Assembly (NCBI GenBank): GCA_018658465.1
Contig: JABHVE010000056.1
Coordinates: forward strand, 1 to 60,908
Direction: 5' to 3'
Source: Alphaproteobacteria bacterium
GTDB taxonomy: Bacteria; Pseudomonadota; Alphaproteobacteria; UBA2966; CAIVPW01
DNA: 60,908 bases
Under the pieces are notes generated by a model. It searched no databases and was not told where the DNA came from. It saw only the letters and a program-made list of their open reading frames with translations. Made by a program: the position numbers and the translations under genes. Shown here one piece after another: positions 1 through 9,160 of the stretch (its first letter is position 1; the number at the start of each line of letters is the position of its first letter).

Positions 1-115
1 AATTTATGTTGAAATTAAAATTTCATCAAACAAATTATTCTTGAAACTATTTTTGGTTTTTTTAATAATTTTTATTGTTAAAATTTAAAATTGTTATTAA
101 GTAAGTTTTTTAGAA
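1..115. other. AT-rich (~14% GC) terminal segment, compositionally unlike the rest of the window
   Basis: I counted 17 G/C in the first 120 nt. The switch to GC-rich sequence falls at about 113-120 (ttttagaatttcc|gccacaaatggccc). Confidence 0.9.
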
Positions 116-1007
116 TTTCCGCCACAAATGGCCCTGCCCGGCCGTCTTCGATGGTCGCCGAACCGCTGCCCGAAATCGCAATCTCGGCCGGCCCATTCAG
201 GGAACCGATCGCCCCCACACCACTGCCTCGAATATTCAAAGCCAATCCCGAACGGACCTCTGCCACCTGTAATTTGCCGCTGCCGGAAATTGAAAGGGCC
301 GCGGATTGGGCGGATCCGGCCGTAGCCACGGCACTGCCCCTAAGACTTAGGGCCAAATTTTCTGCCACATCACCGATGGAAAAGTTACCGCTGCCGGAAA
401 CTGTAATGGCGGCTGTGTTAGCGGATTCCACGGAGGCACGACCGCTTCCGCTCAGACGCAGCACCAGCGCCCCGGAAACTTTGCCAAATTTCAGATTGCT
501 GCTTCCGTTCAGGGCAACGGCGGCGCTGGTCACATCGCCAACCTGGCCGCCGGTAATGTGGCCATCCACATCAATCGGAGCCGAAATATCCCCAACAAAA
601 AGCTCACCCGTCAAATCATCGATGGATACCGGGATACCCTTTGGGATCCGAACCGTTACGTCCATATCACGATCCCGGAGGCCGAAAATTCGGATCCAGC
701 CCAACCCTCGGTCCTGGTCGATCACTAATGTGCCGTCTCGGGTGCCAATATCCAGGCGTTTCAGTGCGTCAGACGGCCCGTGGGCGGTGACTGAAATTGT
801 GGAATCGTCGGTGACCTCTATATGCAAAGACCCTGCAAGGTCTGAAACCCGTAACGCATCGGCATCAAACGCCGCATAATCCTGGACACTTTCCTTCGCG
901 GACGCCATCCACCAAACACCGGCAACAGCGATAACAGCCACGGCAATGCCAATGGCCCGGGGGTCTCGCATGGGGGAATGGGCTGTATGTGAAGACTTTT
1001 CGCTCAA
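78..1007 (-). CDS. Membrane-anchored DUF2807 / GIN-domain (autotransporter-adhesin-head-like) protein. The last ~13 codons are read from the AT-rich segment.
   Basis: N-terminal TM helix (AIGIAVAVIAVAGVWW), then reiterated SGSG/GSG beta-solenoid-type repeats (ISGSGSATI, VSGSGNFSI, ISGSGKLQV, IRGSGVGAI). TTG start with AAGGA 7 nt upstream. The C-terminus ILKNLLNNNFKF is encoded by the 14% GC segment. Confidence 0.7.
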   Translation of the reverse strand: MSEKSSHTAHSPMRDPRAIGIAVAVIAVAGVWWMASAKESVQDYAAFDADALRVSDLAGSLHIEVTDDSTISVTAHGPSDALKRLDIGTRDGTLVIDQDRGLGWIRIFGLRDRDMDVTVRIPKGIPVSIDDLTGELFVGDISAPIDVDGHITGGQVGDVTSAAVALNGSSNLKFGKVSGALVLRLSGSGRASVESANTAAITVSGSGNFSIGDVAENLALSLRGSAVATAGSAQSAALSISGSGKLQVAEVRSGLALNIRGSGVGAIGSLNGPAEIAISGSGSATIEDGRAGPFVAEILKNLLNNNFKF

Positions 1008-1067
1008 ACTGGGATTCCTTGTTTGGTGATAGGCCGTTTACCTTCTCGTGATACCATCGCGGCCGAA

Positions 1068-1592
1068 ATGACCGAAGCAAGTCCCCTAGATATGGGTGCG
1101 AACCCCGAACCCGCAAGCGCCGATGCGCAGGAATTTCGCGCGAGTTTGGAGGGGACCTGTATCAGCACCCAGACCTATTTGGCCAACGACTACCTCAATA
1201 ATTTCAACGAGGTCGTGATGTTGCTGGAAATGGTCCCCGACATGCCAGATGTGTTGGAGGACCTAAAGGAATGGACCCCGGTCACCTATCGTCAGCATTT
1301 CGAGGCCAGCGGCCTGTCCGAAAATCAGCTTGCCATCGAAGCCTATGAACGGGCCCCCGAACGCTTTCGCCGCCCCTTCGACGGTACCGTCGAGCAAATG
1401 AAACGTGTCATCGCGTCGTCCGTGGACCGTGTGGAAAAAGCACTGGCTGCGGGGGAAACCGATCAGCTAAAGGCCATCGCCGTTGGCGCATCCCAGGTGG
1501 TCGGCAAGTTGATTGATGTGGCCGGCGCCATTGTCCATGGATCCGAGGCCACCCACGACCAAGGGGAAATCGATAGTCTTTTGGGCGACTAG
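1068..1592 (+). CDS. Hypothetical protein (acidic, helical)
   Basis: Clean ORF with GC-rich third positions. I prefer the ATG at 1068 to the GTG at 1023, which would leave only 15 nt to the divergent gene. No family recognised. Confidence 0.6.
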   Translation: MTEASPLDMGANPEPASADAQEFRASLEGTCISTQTYLANDYLNNFNEVVMLLEMVPDMPDVLEDLKEWTPVTYRQHFEASGLSENQLAIEAYERAPERFRRPFDGTVEQMKRVIASSVDRVEKALAAGETDQLKAIAVGASQVVGKLIDVAGAIVHGSEATHDQGEIDSLLGD

Positions 1593-1632
1593 TTGATTAT
1601 CCAAGATTTGGCGGCAAGGGCACGGGAATAAT

Positions 1633-1866
1633 CAAGTCCAGATCGCGCCTGATATTGGCGCGTGAATCTGAACGGCATATTCAAGTGCAGATCGTGGCAA
1701 AGCCGCGTGAATCTGAACGTAGTGGTGAAGTGCAAATCGCGCCTGCTAAAGGCGCGTGAATCTGAACGTTGTGGTGAAGTGCAGATCGCGCCTGCTAGAG
1801 GCGCGTGAATCTGAACGGCAAATTCAAGTGCAGATCGCGCCTGCTAGAGGCGCGTGAATCTGAACG
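1633..1866. repeat. Tandem array of 5 copies (period 45-49 bp), each carrying an interrupted GC-rich palindrome
   Basis: Units start at 1633, 1682, 1727, 1776 and 1825. Consensus: aAGTGCAGATCGCGCCTGCTAGAGGCGCGTGAATCTGAACG plus 6-9 variable nt. Hairpin: CAGAT-CGCGCCT / AGGCGCG-(tga)-ATCTG. The array sits between convergent genes. Confidence 0.9.
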
Positions 1867-1873
1867 TCAAATA

Positions 1874-2377
1874 TTATGGCCCGATGGGCCGTCCCATCAT
1901 CACCCGCCAATCCCAGGGTCGATCGAATCGGATCCCTGGCTGCCACAGGCCGGCCCGGGCCGCTTCGGCAATTGCTTCCGCTTCCACGTACATGTCGGAT
2001 TGTTCGCGAAACGCGAAGGCAAAACCAGACAGCACCATTTCCTCGGCGATATCTTCGCCGAACGCCCCGCACGTCATATAGGGAACGCCTAAAAGCGCCG
2101 GGGATTCGACGTAATTGCATTCGATGGGCCCGAAGGACAGCAGAATTTCGAGTTGCCGCAGGGCGTTGTCATAACAGCCGTAGTACCGGCGGCCGGCGAA
2201 GCAGGCGTTGGCCTGGTCGGGCTCGGGGGCATCAATGCCGTACAGGGCGAATGTGGTCTCACCAATCGTAATGTGATCGGCGTTGACCGCAGTGGCCATA
2301 CCCGCCAAATCCTGAGCCGCGGCAGGAAGCCCAACCCCCACCACCATCACAATCATCCCAATAAACACGCGAACCAT
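1874..2377 (-). CDS. Secreted thermonuclease (SNase-like) family protein
   Basis: Signal peptide MVRVFIGMIVMVVGVGLPAAAQ and the motif ITIGETTFALYGIDAPE, typical of staphylococcal-nuclease homologues. I chose the internal ATG at 2377; the longer ORF to 2719 overlaps the divergent regulator gene. Confidence 0.7.
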   Translation of the reverse strand: MVRVFIGMIVMVVGVGLPAAAQDLAGMATAVNADHITIGETTFALYGIDAPEPDQANACFAGRRYYGCYDNALRQLEILLSFGPIECNYVESPALLGVPYMTCGAFGEDIAEEMVLSGFAFAFREQSDMYVEAEAIAEAARAGLWQPGIRFDRPWDWRVMMGRPIGP

Positions 2378-2467
2378 TCTTATTCCCTTGATCTCCGCCC
2401 ACAGGTGCCCCGGCTGCCCGAGGCGCAGCAAGTGTACCACTCGGGCGCAAGCGGCTACACTAGCCCT

Positions 2468-3220
2468 ATGGAAAGTCCGGCAGCTCCCACACCCAAAGGC
2501 CCCGGAAATAGTTGCGTAAATTGCGGCGTGCGATCGGCCACGGTCTGCGCCGCCTTGGGCGATCCCCAGCTTGAAGAAGTCGAGGCCCACAAAGTCGGGG
2601 ACCATTATTTTCCCGCCGGGTCCGACCTGTTTCTTCAAGGGACCCAGAGCGAGTACCTGTACACCATCAAAGAAGGCTGGGTCATGCTGTACACGCTGTT
2701 GCAGGATGGCCGCCGCCAAATCAACGAATTCTGTCTCACTGGCGCTTTTATTGGCTGCCAGTCAGACATGATGGGTCCATCAAGTTATTCAGCCCAGGCG
2801 CTGACCGGCGTTACGGTTTGCGCCCTGCCCCGGGAAGGCATCGACGCCGTGTTCCAGCGGGTCCCCGAAATGGCCGTGCGGTTCGCCTGTATCGCGACAA
2901 AAAGCATGGAAAGCGCCTTTGCCACATTGGCGACAGTGGGCCGAGGTACTGCGCGAGAGCGCATCGCCCATTTGTTGGCTGATTTGGAAGCGCGATCACA
3001 AGTTGTTCAGACCGAATCAAGTGCCGGGCCGTTGGCGCTGCCCATCACCCAAGAACACATCGGTGACGCCCTAGGGCTAACATCGGTTCACGTAAGTCGG
3101 ACTTTGAAGCAATTGCGCGAAGACGACATCGTGTCCCTGCGCGGCCATGCCCTGCACATTCTGGATCGGCCGGCCTTGATGGACGTGGCCGGTATCACGC
3201 CACACCAGACCCAAACGTAG
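2468..3220 (+). CDS. Crp/Fnr-family transcriptional regulator, FnrN-like (N-terminal Cys cluster)
   Basis: N-terminal C-x2-C-x7-C (CVNCGVRSATVC) plus the central Cys in FIGCQ. cNMP-binding-type beta-roll. C-terminal HTH EHIGDALGLTSVHVSRTLKQLRED. Start taken at MESPAAP (ATG 2468). Confidence 0.85.
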   Translation: MESPAAPTPKGPGNSCVNCGVRSATVCAALGDPQLEEVEAHKVGDHYFPAGSDLFLQGTQSEYLYTIKEGWVMLYTLLQDGRRQINEFCLTGAFIGCQSDMMGPSSYSAQALTGVTVCALPREGIDAVFQRVPEMAVRFACIATKSMESAFATLATVGRGTARERIAHLLADLEARSQVVQTESSAGPLALPITQEHIGDALGLTSVHVSRTLKQLREDDIVSLRGHALHILDRPALMDVAGITPHQTQT

Positions 3221-3312
3221 CAACGGCGCAACAGGTTGCCCCGCAGCGCCGTCTGGCTAGGAAGTTTGCTTTGGTCTGTGCAATCGACCCCAAGTGGCCG
3301 CTTGCTAGAAAC

Positions 3313-3408
3313 CTAGTGTGAGTTGGTCCGGTTGGTCACCCACATAAGCGTCACGGAGAATGTTGCAAACGCCGCGATCGCCAAGGCCAAATACAGAGGT
3401 GGAGTCAT
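3313..3408 (-). CDS. Possible 31-aa single-TM small protein
   Basis: Hand translation: MTPPLYLALAIAAFATFSVTLMWVTNRTNSH. AGGAA lies about 7 nt upstream. It is below the ORF-track length cut-off and there is no homology evidence. Confidence 0.3.
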   Translation of the reverse strand: MTPPLYLALAIAAFATFSVTLMWVTNRTNSH

Positions 3409-3669
3409 GTGGTTATTCCTTGTTTGTGTGGGTGAACCTGATGACCAAACCTTAGGACTGCGGGTGACCCCGGGCATTAACCTGGATTAGGTTTACATGC
3501 GTCATATTGACCCGGTGCGGGCAATTACCTATCCGAGCTGGGGAAGAGGAAAAATCGATGGTCATGGCAAATAAAAATCCAAAAAATTCGACGGAATTAG
3601 CGCCCGAGGTCGTTATTCCCATGCGCCTTACCGGTGCTGGGGAGTAATGATGAGCGGACCAAGGCGCAG

Positions 3670-4263
3670 ATGACGCTGATGGCCACCGAAATGGGGCAAT
3701 CAGCCCCGCCGATGTCGGAGGAATCCGATGAAGCATTGATGGTCCGCATTTGTGCCGGTGAACGTTTGGCGTTCACGGCATTGCTGGACAGACATTTGAA
3801 GGCTGTGGCCGGATTTGCGTATCGAATGCTGATGGACACCGCCGAGGCAGAGGACGTGGCCCAGGAGACATTTTTAAGACTTTGGCGAAACCGGAATAAA
3901 TGGCGGCCAGAGGCAAAGCTGCGGACTTGGCTTTTTCGGGTTGCCCGCAACCTGTGTATCGACCGGTTCCGCCGCAAAGAAGTGGTCACCGACCAAATCC
4001 CTGAACAGGTCGATCCCAGGGGCGGCCCGTCCGCTGATTTGCAACGCAGTCAGTCGGCCGGATTGGTGAACAACGCAGTGGCGCAATTGCCTGAACGTCA
4101 GCGGGCGGCGATCTCGTTGGTTTACCACCAAGATCTAAGCAACATCGAAGCCGCTGGAATTTTGGGTGTGAGTGTCGACGCATTGGAATCTTTGTTATCC
4201 CGGGGCCGCCGTGGCCTGAAAAAGCGATTGGAAGAATTAAAACCCCATCTTTTGGAAGAATAG
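3670..4263 (+). CDS. ECF-type RNA polymerase sigma-70 family factor
   Basis: Region 2: RLWRNRNKWRPEAKLRTWLFRVARNLCIDRFRR. Region 4: LPERQRAAISLVYHQDLSNIEAAGILGVSVDALESLLSRGRRGLKKRL. The start is uncertain (GTG 3634, ATG 3670, 3679 or 3712). Confidence 0.85.
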   Translation: MTLMATEMGQSAPPMSEESDEALMVRICAGERLAFTALLDRHLKAVAGFAYRMLMDTAEAEDVAQETFLRLWRNRNKWRPEAKLRTWLFRVARNLCIDRFRRKEVVTDQIPEQVDPRGGPSADLQRSQSAGLVNNAVAQLPERQRAAISLVYHQDLSNIEAAGILGVSVDALESLLSRGRRGLKKRLEELKPHLLEE

Positions 4264-4265
4264 AC

Positions 4266-4763
4266 ATGGCTAAATTTGATCAATCCTCTCAACCGCCCTC
4301 ACCAGTATCCGCCAAACGTGCTGCGCGGATTTTGGAAGCGTACGGTGCCGATCCGGCCCGCTGGCCCGCGGCTGAACGCTCCGGCACCCTGGCGGCTCTG
4401 AACAAATTTCCCGAATTGGCAGATGCCAGACAGTCGGCCACAGACATGGACCAAATTCTGGGTGGGGCCCCCGACTACACGCCGTCGGCTGATTTGGCGC
4501 GGCGCATTTCGGCGGCCGCCCTTCACGAACCAAAAACCCCGGCCTGGCGTACATGGCTGTCTGGTCTGATCCCCGCGTCCGCCACCCCCATGGGTTTGAT
4601 GCAGTCGGTGGCGACGCTGTTTGTTGCGGTGACCCTGGGGGTCATGGCCGGGGCCTTTATTCCGGGCAGTGACAACGACGCCATGGCGGAAGAATTCATG
4701 CTGTTGGCTTTCGGCCCGGCGTATCAAATGCAAACCTTTGAAGAAGTAGGAGGTGCCGAATGA
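4266..4763 (+). CDS. Putative membrane-anchored anti-sigma factor (assigned by position)
   Basis: Starts 3 nt after the sigma stop codon. Has a cytoplasmic N-domain (ARILEAYGADPARWPAAER) and one TM helix (LMQSVATLFVAVTLGVMAGAFI). No zf-HC2 motif was seen, so the function is inferred from context only. Confidence 0.5.
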   Translation: MAKFDQSSQPPSPVSAKRAARILEAYGADPARWPAAERSGTLAALNKFPELADARQSATDMDQILGGAPDYTPSADLARRISAAALHEPKTPAWRTWLSGLIPASATPMGLMQSVATLFVAVTLGVMAGAFIPGSDNDAMAEEFMLLAFGPAYQMQTFEEVGGAE

Positions 4764-5203
4764 GCGGTATTTCTAGGACCTGGGCCATCGTGGTTCTGGG
4801 ATCGTTGGCGGTGAATTTTTTCATTGCAGGTCTTCTGATTTCCAGTTGGGCCTTTGGTGGACCCGGCAGCCCGATTGATCGTTTCAACGGCGATCGGTTT
4901 CGCGACCAAACGCAATCGGACCGCATGGTCCGCCAAATCACCGAACGCCACCTGGCCAATATCCGCCCCAGTATCCAGGCGGTGACAGAGGCCAGCCGGG
5001 CGGTCAGTTTGGCGCTGGCTGCCGATCCCTTTGTTGAGCAGGCACTTGTTGACGCCCTGAATGCTTTACGCACCAGTACGCTAGAGTCCCAAGCGGCCAT
5101 GCACGATGCTATGGTTGAATCCGTGCGGGATATGACCCCAGCACAAAGACGCGAACTTGCGGCGGAGAGCCGACGAAGCCCAGGGAGGCTACAGGGAAGA
5201 TAA
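4760..5203 (+). CDS. Periplasmic Spy/CpxP/heavy-metal-sensor-like (LTxxQ family) protein with N-terminal anchor
   Basis: ATGA overlap with the upstream gene and a strong RBS (GTAGGAGG). N-terminal TM/signal WAIVVLGSLAVNFFIAGLLI, a helical body, and an LTxxQ-like MTPAQRRELA. Confidence 0.6.
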   Translation: MSGISRTWAIVVLGSLAVNFFIAGLLISSWAFGGPGSPIDRFNGDRFRDQTQSDRMVRQITERHLANIRPSIQAVTEASRAVSLALAADPFVEQALVDALNALRTSTLESQAAMHDAMVESVRDMTPAQRRELAAESRRSPGRLQGR

Positions 5204-7080
5204 TGGCAAGCACAGCAGCACGCAAAAAACGCGGCCGGCGCAGGCTTTGGCAGATTTTGGCGGCGGTGGCGGTCATCGCTGTGGTCGGTTATTTTTTCGT
5301 GCAGCCGGCCAGCGAGGCCAGCCTGGCGGAATACCGCATGGGATCGGTTCAGACGGGCACGGTAATCAGTACCGTCGCAGCCACTGGCACCGTGAACGCT
5401 GTTGGCACAGTCGAAGTCACCTCTCAGGTGTCGGGCCAAATCATCGAGGTATTGGTCGACTACAATTCCCAGGTCACCGAAGGTCAAGTCCTGGCCCGGG
5501 TCAATCCGGAATCCTTCGAAGTCAAACTGATCCAGGCGGAAGCCGATCTGGCGATATCCAACGCGTCATTGGTTTCCAACCGGGCGTCCGTGGAACGGGC
5601 GCGTTCCGACCTGCGTAACGCCGAAGCGTCTCTTCAGGGCACCATGGCCCAGGTCGCAAATTCACAAATTTCCTTGGATTCTGCTCAGCGCGATTGGGAA
5701 CGCCAAGTCGAGTTGTTCGAACGCAAAGTCATTTCCAATGTGGCACTGGAACAGGCCCGCTCGCAATTCGAACAAGCCCAGGCGTCCTTTGATCAAATTA
5801 ATTCCAGCCTAATGGGGCAAACGGCGACCTTGGACGGGCGCCGGGCGTCGTTGGAAATCGCCCAGTCCGGTGTGGTCACCGCAACGGCCCAGGTGCTGCA
5901 GCGGGAAGCCTCCCTCACCGCAGCGCAGATTGAGTTAGCAAATACGGCGGTGCGATCCCCCGTGGACGGGGTCATCATCGAGCGCGCGGTGGAAAAGGGG
6001 CAGACAGCTGCCTCCAGCACCAACTCCAATGCGACCCTGTTCACCATCGCCGAAAATCTGCGCAACATGCAGGTAGAAGTCAGCGTCGATGAAGCCGATA
6101 TCGGCACCATCCGCGAGGGCATGCGCACCACCTTCACAGTGGATTCCTATCCTGGCCGCGAATTCAATGGTGTCGTCGCCCAAGTGCGCTTCGCCCCAAA
6201 GACCGTCCAAAACGTCGTGACCTATATCGTCGTGGTGTCGGCGCCCAATCCTGATCTGGCGCTGCTGCCGGGCCTGACGGCCAGTGTCCGCATGGTCATC
6301 AGCGAGCGCCAGGACGTGTTGCGCATTCCCAACGCCGCCCTGCGGTTCGAGCCCTTTGGCTTCGAAGCCCCAGAACAAGCCGGACGCGGTGGTGGCGGTG
6401 CGCCTGCGGGCGGATTTGGTGGTGGTGGCGGTTTTGGCGGTGATGCTGCCGCAGCGGGCGGCGGCGGTGCCCCAGCTGGCGGCGGCGGCGGTCGTGGTGG
6501 CGGTGGTGGTGGCGGCGGATTGGCAGCGGCTGTCCCCGAAGGCGTTGACCTGACCGAAGACCAACAAGCCGAAGTCACCGAACTTATGGGGGACGTACGC
6601 CAGGTATTTGGGGCTTTGCGTCAAGAAGGTGTGCCAATCGAGGAAATTCAGGCCCGTTTAGCAGCGCGCCTAGAAGAAGCCCTGATGACCGTCATGACCG
6701 ACGCACAAAAAGAGATCTACGCCGCGGCCCAAGAACAAGTCCCTGAGGCCGGGGCGGTAGCTGACGCCGGTGGGGCACCAGCCCCAGGTGGCTTTGGCGG
6801 CGGTGGACGTGGTGCCAGAGGTGGCGGCGGCGGCGGTGCCCCTGGTGCAGGGGCAGCCCCGGTAGAAACCAGAACCGCACGGGTGTTCTTGTTGGATGCA
6901 GACGGTGTACCGCAGCCAATGACCGTGACTGTGGGCATTTCCGACACCGGATTTACCGAACTTGTGCGCGGCGAATTGGCAGACGGCCAACAATTGGTGG
7001 TTGGCGCTAGTGCGGCAACCCTGGCGGCCCAGGCCAATGCGGCCAATGAAGGCGGTGGCCGATTCCGCTTCGGGTTCTAG
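5203..7080 (+). CDS. macA: Efflux periplasmic adaptor (MacA/HlyD family) carrying a ~170-aa Gly-rich / helical insertion
   Basis: TAATG overlap with the upstream gene. Contains a lipoyl/barrel-type segment ([30 protein letters not shown]), a coiled-coil hairpin, RSPVDGVII, and a membrane-proximal end ([29 protein letters not shown]). The insertion spans aa ~384-555. Confidence 0.85.
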   Translation: MASTAARKKRGRRRLWQILAAVAVIAVVGYFFVQPASEASLAEYRMGSVQTGTVISTVAATGTVNAVGTVEVTSQVSGQIIEVLVDYNSQVTEGQVLARVNPESFEVKLIQAEADLAISNASLVSNRASVERARSDLRNAEASLQGTMAQVANSQISLDSAQRDWERQVELFERKVISNVALEQARSQFEQAQASFDQINSSLMGQTATLDGRRASLEIAQSGVVTATAQVLQREASLTAAQIELANTAVRSPVDGVIIERAVEKGQTAASSTNSNATLFTIAENLRNMQVEVSVDEADIGTIREGMRTTFTVDSYPGREFNGVVAQVRFAPKTVQNVVTYIVVVSAPNPDLALLPGLTASVRMVISERQDVLRIPNAALRFEPFGFEAPEQAGRGGGGAPAGGFGGGGGFGGDAAAAGGGGAPAGGGGGRGGGGGGGGLAAAVPEGVDLTEDQQAEVTELMGDVRQVFGALRQEGVPIEEIQARLAARLEEALMTVMTDAQKEIYAAAQEQVPEAGAVADAGGAPAPGGFGGGGRGARGGGGGGAPGAGAAPVETRTARVFLLDADGVPQPMTVTVGISDTGFTELVRGELADGQQLVVGASAATLAAQANAANEGGGRFRFGF

Positions 7081-7090
7081 GGACCATCCC

Positions 7091-7837
7091 ATGACCCCAC
7101 TCATTGAAACCGTTGATCTGGCCAAGCACTACCAAGTTGGCCCCCACACCGTGCAGGCGTTGAACGGCGTGACCGTTTCAGTGAACCCGGGCGAATTCGT
7201 CGCCGTGATGGGGCCGTCTGGGTCCGGCAAAACGACGTTTATGAACTTGCTGGGGTGCCTGGATGTGCCAACGTCTGGGACATATCGGCTGGAGGGCCGG
7301 GACGTTTCCGGTCTTGATTCCGACGAGCTAGCCGAAGTCCGCAGCAGCAAGATCGGTTTCGTCTTCCAGTCATTCAATTTGTTGCCACGCATTACCGCCC
7401 TGGCAAACGTCGAACTGCCCATGGCCTACAGCCGGGTTTCCCGTGAAGAACGCCTAGAATATGCCGAGGAAGCTTTGCGCGAAGTGGGGCTTGAAGACCG
7501 CATGGATCACCGCCCCGTACAATTGTCCGGCGGCCAACAACAACGGGTGGCCATCGCCCGGGCACTGGTGGGGTCACCGTCGCTGATTTTCGCTGATGAG
7601 CCCACAGGGGCCCTGGATACCAAAACCGGTATTGAAATCATGGGGTTGCTGGGGGAACTAAATTCCAAGGGCATCACGATCATTTTGGTCACCCACGAAC
7701 AAGAAGTGGCCGAATACGCCAAGCGCATTTTGCATTTCCGCGATGGCCTTTTGGTTTCCGACGAATCTCCGGACTCCACCACCCAAACCCCGGCCCCAGC
7801 CGACGGCGCGGCCCCCCAGGACGGGATAGCCCTATGA
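7091..7837 (+). CDS. ABC transporter ATP-binding protein (MacB/LolD-type)
   Basis: Walker [10 protein letters not shown], signature [15 protein letters not shown], Walker [13 protein letters not shown]. Start at [10 protein letters not shown] (ATG 7091). Confidence 0.9.
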   Translation: MTPLIETVDLAKHYQVGPHTVQALNGVTVSVNPGEFVAVMGPSGSGKTTFMNLLGCLDVPTSGTYRLEGRDVSGLDSDELAEVRSSKIGFVFQSFNLLPRITALANVELPMAYSRVSREERLEYAEEALREVGLEDRMDHRPVQLSGGQQQRVAIARALVGSPSLIFADEPTGALDTKTGIEIMGLLGELNSKGITIILVTHEQEVAEYAKRILHFRDGLLVSDESPDSTTQTPAPADGAAPQDGIAL

Positions 7838-9066
7838 CATTTCTTGATTCGTTTTTGTCGGCGCTGCAATCCCTGCGCTCGAACGTCATGCGCAGTGTAC
7901 TCACGGCCTTGGGAATGATCATCGGCGTGGCCGCTGTCATCATCATGGTGGCGGTTGGCTCCGGTGCCCAACAAGGCATCGAAGCGGTGATCGAGTCCAT
8001 CGGATCGAACCTGTTGATCGTGTCGGCAGCATCCCAGGGCCGCGGCGGTGTGCAACAGGGTGCGGGCACCCAAGTGGCCCTGACCTCTGCTGACGCCGAT
8101 GCCATGTTCACAGAAATTCCGGAAATCATGTTCGCCGCCCCGGCCGTTAGCGGCCAGGGCCAGATCGTGTTCGGCAATGCCAATTGGCACACCAGCATCC
8201 AGGGCATTACGAATTCTTATATGCCCGTGCGCGACTGGACCATCGCCCAGGGCCGGCCTTTTGAAGAATGGGAAATCGATGGCGGCGCAAAGGTCGTTTT
8301 GATCGGTGAAACCGTCGCCGAGAACTTGTTCGAGAACGAGGACCCAGTTGGCCAGGTCATCCGGGTCGAACGTGTACCGTTCGAGGTCATCGGCACCCTG
8401 ACTCCAAAGGGCCAGTCGAGCTTTGGTCAAGACCAAGACGACATCATGTTTGTGCCCCTGAAAACCGCAAAACAGCGGATCGTGGGTGGCAGAACCGGTG
8501 CTGGTGACACGGTGCAAACCATTTACATCAAGGCGCAAACCACGGAATTAGTGAGCTATGTGGAAATCGCCATCGCCGAATTACTGCGCCAGCGCCACGG
8601 GTTGCTGCCCGGCCAGGACGACGATTTTCGCATTCGCAACATCTCCGAAATTTTGGGTGCCCGCCAGGATTCGTCACGGATGATGGCCCTGTTGCTGGCC
8701 GCGGTGGCGTCGGTTTCGCTGATCGTTGGCGGCATTGGCATCATGAACATCATGCTGGTGTCGGTTACCGAGCGCACCCGCGAGATTGGCGTGCGCATGG
8801 CGGTGGGCGCTGCCCGAGGCGATATCCTCACGCAATTTCTGATCGAAGCGGTGGTGATTTCCGTCATCGGCGGTGTCATCGGCATTGTCATCGGGGCCAC
8901 GGGTTCCCAAGCCGCCGCAGCCCTTGGCGACTGGCCCTTGCGCCTAGAAGGCAGCTCGGTACTGCTGGCTTTCGGATTTTCGGCTGCCGTGGGAATTTTC
9001 TTCGGGTACTATCCCGCACGAAAAGCCGCACACCTGGACCCGATCGAAGCGCTGCGTCACGAATAA
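7834..9066 (+). CDS. ABC transporter permease, MacB periplasmic-core / FtsX family
   Basis: 4-nt overlap with the ATPase gene. N-terminal TM, a large periplasmic domain, and a C-terminal FtsX-type 3-TM bundle ([14 protein letters not shown]...). Confidence 0.9.
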   Translation: MTFLDSFLSALQSLRSNVMRSVLTALGMIIGVAAVIIMVAVGSGAQQGIEAVIESIGSNLLIVSAASQGRGGVQQGAGTQVALTSADADAMFTEIPEIMFAAPAVSGQGQIVFGNANWHTSIQGITNSYMPVRDWTIAQGRPFEEWEIDGGAKVVLIGETVAENLFENEDPVGQVIRVERVPFEVIGTLTPKGQSSFGQDQDDIMFVPLKTAKQRIVGGRTGAGDTVQTIYIKAQTTELVSYVEIAIAELLRQRHGLLPGQDDDFRIRNISEILGARQDSSRMMALLLAAVASVSLIVGGIGIMNIMLVSVTERTREIGVRMAVGAARGDILTQFLIEAVVISVIGGVIGIVIGATGSQAAAALGDWPLRLEGSSVLLAFGFSAAVGIFFGYYPARKAAHLDPIEALRHE

Positions 9067-9160
9067 CCCCGGCCTTGCAATCAGACCTGACCGAGACAAC
9101 CTAACAATTCAACGCCACGATCCGGAAGTCGCGCGCGGCCCGGCATTAAGGAGACGACGG

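Noticed and set aside
91-879. 262-aa plus-strand ORF antisense to the DUF2807 gene
   Set aside because: Pro/Ser/Arg-rich shadow ORF typical of high-GC DNA. The opposite strand has a coherent TM plus repeat-domain protein.
1633-1866. Possible CRISPR array
   Set aside because: The variable parts are only 6-9 nt against ~40-nt conserved cores. There are only five units and no cas genes anywhere in the window. It is a tandem hairpin repeat, not repeat-spacer architecture.
5935-6624. Antisense ORFs across the macA Gly-rich region (5935-6624, 6222-6578, 6717-7046), including poly-Pro translations
   Set aside because: They are reverse-complement images of the GGC/GGT-rich Gly tracts. The macA frame is continuous and carries the family motifs on both sides.
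7507-8538. 343-aa minus-strand ORF overlapping the ABC ATPase and permease genes
   Set aside because: No recognisable motifs. The plus-strand genes carry Walker A/B and FtsX-type signatures, so this is a shadow ORF.
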